DNA of 64,000 nucleotides, taken from Eledone cirrhosa. Taxonomy: Eukaryota. Numbering within the stretch: the first letter of the stretch is position 1; the number at the start of each line of letters is the position of its first letter. The position numbers and the translations under genes were made by a program. The notes beneath the pieces are model-generated. The model made no database searches. It had not been told where the DNA came from and was given only the letters and a program-made list of their open reading frames with translations. Positions 57,199 to 64,000 of the stretch are shown here, in pieces. Location of the stretch: contig OZ024742.1 of assembly GCA_964016885.1 (NCBI GenBank), forward strand, positions 154,318,001 to 154,382,000, in the 5' to 3' direction.

Positions 57199-58052
57199 TT
57201 ATTTATTTATACTTCTCTTAGGTCAGTGTTGTTTGTTTGGGTGTTGTTGTTATTCCATTCATTCTTTCTATTTAGCCTTGGCCATCTAAGTTCTATTTCA
57301 CTGGCCTCTCTGATTTGCTTATCTGCTGGCTCATTTCTATATTTAGATATTATTCTAATTTCTATGTTGTCTATGTTACCGTCGTGTTGTTGTCTGGCAT
57401 GTTCGTATAGTACTGTAGATATAGAAATGACCCAGCAGATAGGCAAATCAGAGAGGCCAGTGAAATAGAACTTAGAAGGCCAAGGCTAAACAGAAAGAAT
57501 GAATGGAATAACAACAACACCCAAACAAACAACACTGACCTAAGAGAAGTATAAATCAATAAATAGTTAAATAAATAAATAAATAGATTCACAAGCACAA
57601 TAACAACAACCACATATAAACACACACTAGTAAAGATATAATACATTAACCAATACAGTCACCCAATCACGAACACACATCAAACAAAACACTATACACA
57701 CACGCAAACGCATGCGCAAAGAAGACAAAATAAAATAAACAAATAAATAAATATATAAACATACTAAATAAAGATGGCGTAGAAAATACAGTGTAACGGG
57801 AGGAAACAATAGCACCACTGACGATGTTGCAGATGTGCAACGAAAGAACTTTGATAAACTATATATATGTGTTTGTGTCTATATTGTATCTGTATTATTT
57901 TTGACCGCTGGTCAGTCAATGACAACATTGAGGACCGAATAAATTAGATTACCGATATAAAGGACACAGAAGCGAAAAGCGAAAACCAACCAAACAGTGA
58001 CTGTTATTAATTCTGGCAATATTACACAAATATGACCCTCCCCAAGTATAAC
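57199..58052 (+). mobile_element. PLE 3' fragment (GIY-YIG C-terminus in a fold-back) with hammerhead and tail
   Basis: 57199-57345 is the inverse of 57417-57562 and encodes EHARQQHDG..IISKYRNEPADRQIREASEI..PRLNRKNEW. The HHR is at 57814-57855. Confidence 0.75.
57814..57855 (+). ncRNA. Minimal type-I hammerhead
   Basis: acca-CTGACGA-t-gttgca-gatg-tgcaac-GAAAG-AA-CTT-tgat. Confidence 0.75.
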
Positions 58053-58199
58053 TATATATATATATATCTAAAGAATGAATTATACCAGGTAGACATCATA
58101 AAAAGGTAATTTATTCCGTCTGCTTACAAATGTTTCCACGGTTGTACTACAGCCTAGTTATGCTATGTGCAAATTTACAAGAATTTGCAGAACTCTAAT

Positions 58200-58820
58200 A
58201 TCCAATGCTGTGACCACTGTATCCTCAGAGCAGAATGCTCTGAGGATACAGAATGTTAAAGCAGCTCTGTGTATAAAACAAAGCAATAAGAACAAGTCTA
58301 AACATGAAAAGATACAGGAAATTGTTTTCAACAATCTTATTCAAAACGTTCTGATATCAATGCTGAAAGAACATCACTTCAAATATTAAACAGTTACACC
58401 TAACTGAACAACTCATAACAACACAATCGTTAACAGAAAAGTATACAAGAGGATGAAATAGCTAACTTTTGCGAATCACGAGCGATAGCTTACATTTTTA
58501 AAAACAAATTGCCTGGAAATCTGAAAAGCCATGTTTTTAATCAATCCATCATACCAATTTTTTCTTTTGTTTCAGAAAGCTGGAACCTGACAGAAAATAT
58601 TATTTGAAATATTATTCTGATATTTCAAAACGTATATAAAATTTAAAAATACAAAATGACATTTTCATGTTCCTAAAAATCCTTAAATATATCGCTTACA
58701 AGAGATTCATGAAAAGCGATAATAATATGGATTTAGAGAGACCACAAACAAGTCAGATTTTAACAAAGGGGAAAATAGACGGATAAAATTGGTATATTTT
58801 ATAAAAATGGATGATCACTC
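58200..58820 (+). mobile_element. Degenerate RTE-like LINE fragment
   Basis: IFKNKLPGNLKSHVFNQSIIPIFSFVSESWNLT; VKAAL. Confidence 0.55.
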
Positions 58821-59467
58821 AGCCAAATATGAATGCGACCGACTGAATATTTTGAGGTATTCGACCCAGCTTTTGGCTGTTTCTGATTTCAAATCCTACC
58901 GATGTCAATCAAAGCTTCATTTAAAAAAATTGCTTGTATTTTCTAAAAATTAGAAATTGTCTCCAATAGGAATCATATGAATTGTTTCAATCAAATCTGG
59001 ATATGGATTTCTCATCGCAATTTACTATGAATATATATATATTAAATATATTAATAAAAGGAAACTATCTTTATGAAGCCATATTCAGATCTAGAACTTA
59101 ATGTTGTGAGTTCTGTTTGTATATATATATATATATAACGAAGGAAATGTGGTAAGGAACCAGGTGGACCATAACGCACCAAAGTACTCAATACTTGGGG
59201 TAGTAGAGTGGGTAATAGGAACCAGTAAGACCCCGACGACTGAGCTCAAGCCGTTTCGACGGCTAATATATATATATATATCAGCTGGTGATATACATGT
59301 ATGTAAATATTCTCCTTATCTGATATTTTGTAACTAACCTTACATAGATCGATAACGAAGTATAGTTACGATGTATTATCATCAACTAGAAACGATCGTA
59401 AAGCAATGAAGTATATACATTTCTGGTTGGTTGGTTGGTTCCACAACCATATAGTTATTTATATATA

Positions 59468-59510
59468 GTCATAGTTCTTTCGTCACACACTCTGTGACCT
59501 CTTCAGTGAC
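59468..59510 (-). ncRNA. Minimal type-I hammerhead
   Basis: gtca-CTGAAGA-g-gtcaca-gagtg-tgtgac-GAAAG-AA-CTA-tgac. Confidence 0.8.
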
Positions 59511-60045
59511 TGGGGATTCCTTTCTTTGTCTCTGCGCCTCTCCTTTATTCTGTCCTACGCCATTTTGTTTCTGTGTGTGTGTTGTGTGCTCAGTCTGCGC
59601 ATGCGCCACATCCAGGTGTCTGTGTGTGTTTATGTTCATTTATTTATTTGTTTATTTACATGTTACTGGTTGGTTGTTTGTTCTATATGTGTGTGTGTTT
59701 TCATTTTGTCCTTAATTGTAAGTTGTGATGTTGCTGTTCCACTCATATTTTCTATTTCATTTTGGTTGTAATTCTTTTATGTTTACTGCCTCTGTAATTT
59801 GTCTAAACATTGCGTCTTTTCTGTGTGTAGATTCTATTTTTATTTCTATGTTCTCTAATTTACACTTGTGTTCTATTTTAGCATGTTGGTAGAGTACAGA
59901 TGATTCTTTTGTTTCTTATTGGCAACATGACCCTCCCAAAGTATAACAATATCGGTTTCAACACACGATTTCAGATAAAGAATCTTGCTAAACAAATTCA
60001 GAAACGAAATATATATATATAATTTTATATATATATATATATATA

Positions 60046-60086
<41 letters not shown>

Positions 60087-60230
60087 ATATTAATCATAAT
60101 AATAATAATAATAATAAACATAATAGTAATAATAATATATTTGAAGACTAAAATCCAAAGAGTGGTCGATAAAGATAGATATTTATCAAATATATAAGAA
60201 CAGTAGAGCAAATATTTGTTAAAATAACAG

Positions 60231-62600
60231 ATTAAAGTTTCAGCAAAGAATCGCTGCTTTCACCCTTAACGGGATATTCTGATTCTAACAAAGTCAATCT
60301 GTAAACGCAGAAGTGGATATTTCAAAAAACGTTGCAACCGGAGGAAATCAGGAAGACGATACTTTGGTTCGTGGAAACGTTCCCAGGCATAAAACAGGAA
60401 AAAACGAATATAATACGTCATTAATAGGAACGGTGAAAAACAATTACGCGCAAAGACAGAACCACGTTTATGGTATAAAAGAAGTCGTAGACTAATGTTC
60501 TCTTAGGTGGTTCATAGAGACGTTCTCTGGCAATGAACGGAAAAAAGCGAAGATAATACGTCATATGTGGACCGTGGAGAACAATGGCACGCAAAGACAA
60601 AACCACGTAAATGGTATAGCTGAAGTCGTAGACTAAATTCTAACTAGGAAACCGAATGAATCTCCGCTTCAGAATTAAGAATAAAGTAACTAAATACGAT
60701 ACAGAGGTAATAGAAATTAAATAAATGTATACACGCATGCAAATACGTACATACCCAAGCATACGCAAAACACTTACCATAGGTATACAAAGCCACGCAC
60801 ATATAAATGTGTGTGTGTGTGTGTGCGTGTATACAAATAAATAAATAATTAAATAAACGTATATAAATAAATAAATACGTATATAACAAGCGCCCACACA
60901 TACCTACATGTAAATACACAAATGTTCGGAGACGTAAGTCAACCAAAACATGAAGTACACAAATACACACACCCTACATACGTACGAACCTGCATACTCA
61001 TGCAGACGCAAAACTCCCGTATACACATCACCAAACCATATGTACCAGAATATATAAAAAATGTATACGCCATAACATAAACAATCATATATACGTATGA
61101 GGAAGTATACGTACCTTCACAAAACATACAGTTAATATATACTTACCTATGCAAATAAGTAATGGTACAAAGAAAACATATACTTAGCTACCACATCAAT
61201 TCGTAAAATATCCACGTATAGATCGTACTATCTGTTAGGGTATAATGTGAGGCTGTAATACAGGAAAGTTTTGTTCAATTTATGTTTACAAGCCGAAATT
61301 GCCTCAGATTTTTTGTTTAAGATGTTGTCTGTGGCGTAGAGTATTTCCAGGGCCTCAGCGGCGCAGAGATCACATGGTCTTTTCTTTCCGTTATACGATC
61401 TAGCCCTATCTAGGATCCCCCAGTGTAACTTATATTGCGTGTGACTATCTTTTAGACTCCAGATATAAGCTGAAAGTGACGTCATATTCCTTCTTAGAGG
61501 GTAACGAAAAGAATGGGTATGCATGTAAAGACGCTGCTTGAATCTATTGACGGTTTACCCTATGTAGGCCCTACGGGACGGGGGTGTTTCAACCTTACAT
61601 TTGTAGACAATGTTACTAGAGAGGCATTTCCCGGACAGGGGCAATGAACCCGATTCCTACAATTACAATTAGTACTAAATACAGGGTTGCACGTGTTCCT
61701 ACGGCTAGGTAGTTTAGCTAAATTTGAAGCTGTGATGTTATGTGCAAGGTTAGGAGTCGTAGAGTAAGACATTTTAATAGTATTTCTATTAAAAATGTCA
61801 CAATATTTATGTGTAGGGAGAAAATGCTTCGTAATAAGGGAAATAAAGATATTAGCTAATGGTGTGGCCACCTCCATATTATATGGTGGGTTATACCAAC
61901 AGATGTGACGGGATCTATTTCTTCTAGGTCTATTTTCGTACTCTGTATATGCTACCTTATCGACAAATCCACTCCGAGCTAAAGTTTCATTGTAATAAAT
62001 GGAATGGTCGTTGAAAATATGCTCGTTAGCGTTGTGTATTTACATGTAGGTATGTGTGTGCACTTGTAATATACGTATTTATTTATTTATATACCTTTAT
62101 TTAATTATTTATTTAATTTCTATTACCTCTGTATTGTATTTATTTACTTTATTCTTAACTCTAAAGCGGAGATTCATTCGGTTTCCCAGTTAGAATTTAG
62201 TCTACGACTTCAACTATAACATTTACGTGGTTTTGTCTTTGCGTGCCATTGTTCTCCACGCTCCACATATGAGGTATTATCTTCGTTTTTCCGTTCATTG
62301 CCAGAGAACGTCTCTATGAACCACCTAAGAGAACATTAGTCTACGACTTCTTTTATACCATAAACGTGGTTCTGTCTTTGCGCGTAATTGTTTTTCACCG
62401 CTCCTATTAATGACGTTTTATATTCGTTTTTTCCCGTTCTTTGCCAGGGAACGTTTCCACGAACCAAAGTATCGTCTTCCTGTCTTCCTCCGGTTGGAAC
62501 GTTTTTAGAAATATCCACTTCTGCGTTTACAGTTTGACTTTGTTAGTTTCAGAAGATCCCGTTAAGGGTGAAAGCACAGATTCTTTGCTGAAACTTTAAT
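60231..62600 (-). mobile_element. 5'-truncated Naiad-like PLE with inverted terminal copies
   Basis: 61228-62030 minus gives WYNPPY, IFNRNTIKMSYST, CNCRNRVHCP, TSLSAYIWSLK, CDLCAAE, LNKKSE..CKH. 60231-60920 is the inverse of 62033-62600 with one deletion. Confidence 0.9.
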
Positions 62601-62628
62601 GTGTTATTTTAATAAATATATATATATT

Positions 62629-62772
<144 letters not shown>

Positions 62773-63041
62773 TATATAAGAATATATAAGCAAAGGGATA
62801 TTTAATTTGTTGGTAATTCAAAAAATATATTTATAACGGATTCGAAGCGCTCGACAGATTTTCTGGAGTATAATATCAATGATATTAATAAATGAAAACT
62901 ATATTTATAAAACCATATTTATTCTATTATATATATTTCAAGGGTACCAGAACTTTGGTAAGGCCTCATCGGATAAAACACAAAATTTGTTTCACAGATA
63001 GTGATATATTCAGAACTAGAACTTGATGTTGTGAGATATGT

Positions 63042-63108
<67 letters not shown>

Positions 63109-63473
63109 TAAAAGGAAAAGAAAATGGTAACAAATTTTTCCTAGTGAAAAATAGTTTAGTTAGGATATAAGCATAAATTAGTAATAAGTATTGGTTAGTA
63201 TTCGGTTTTAGATTTAAGTTCTGACCGGTTGCGCATTTCTTATGCTTTTCAAAAATAATTTTGAGATAGAGCGCTCGTGATGTTTGAGAAATATCCACGG
63301 TCAGCTGGTGATATGCATGTAACTAAATATTCACCTTATCTGAAATTTTTGTAACTAATCTTACATAGATCGATAACGAAGTATAGTTACGATATATTAT
63401 CATCACCTAGAAACGATCGTAAAGCAGTGATGTATACTGCTAATGACTTGATTTTTTTATTTCATTGTTTTAA

Positions 63474-63534
<61 letters not shown>

Positions 63535-63538
<4 letters not shown>

Positions 63539-63726
63539 CGAAGGAAATGTGGTAAGGAACCAGGTGGACCATAACGCACCAAAGTACTCAATACATATGG
63601 TAGTAGAATGGGTAATAGGAACGAGTAGGACCCCAACGGCTGAGCTCAAGCCGTTTTGACGGCTAATTCTGGACTAGAATTAGCCGTAGAAACGGCATGA
63701 GCTCAGCCGTCGGGGTCCTACTCGTT

Positions 63727-63729
<3 letters not shown>
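63535..63729. mobile_element. PLE-type 3' end with a fold-back centred on a hammerhead stem II; also at 59135-59266 and 14125-14172
   Basis: 63619-63670 is the inverse of 63676-63727 and carries GAAACGGC..GCCGTC-gggg (stem III plus GUC). Confidence 0.75.
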
Positions 63730-63804
<75 letters not shown>

Positions 63805-64000
63805 GATATATATATAATCTTTTAATTATTGCAAAAACACCGGCCGCTATATATTTGTATGTGGGGGGGGGGGGCATATGTGTGTGATTTCCGGGGTCAA
63901 TCGATGATAACCACGTAAAGTTTGCTACTCAACACACTAGTAGAGTTTAACCATCAACCTTAATATAGAAAATGGCTTCTACAGGACAAATTATATAGTG

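Overview
This is AT-rich eukaryotic, almost entirely non-genic DNA, packed with (TA)n, (CA)n and (GA)n microsatellites. The tRNA-derived SINE family and the repeat landscape suggest an octopod cephalopod (inference). Most ORF-track entries (YIYI.., HTHT.., CVCV..) are microsatellite artefacts. The real content is transposable elements. There are at least seven Penelope-like element (PLE) copies or fragments (Naiad-like, Neptune-like and Poseidon-like RT and/or GIY-YIG). Also present are RTE and Tx1/L1-type LINE relics, an internally deleted mariner, a Helitron-type 3' end and about 12 SINE copies. Reading by eye reveals a layer the ORF track does not show: about 15 minimal type-I hammerhead ribozyme (HHR) motifs. 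Highlights: (1) a near-identical ~560-bp non-coding tandem array with one intact HHR per unit (retrozyme/circRNA-like, 14.5-15.8 kb); (2) many fold-back PLE ends whose inversion breakpoints fall in or next to the HHR; (3) one in-frame TAA in an invariant 25-nt context shared by two diverged Naiad-like ORFs; (4) a stand-alone tRNA-like cloverleaf with a GGA anticodon and Pol III terminator. No host gene could be identified with confidence. Coordinates were counted by hand and may be off by a few bases.
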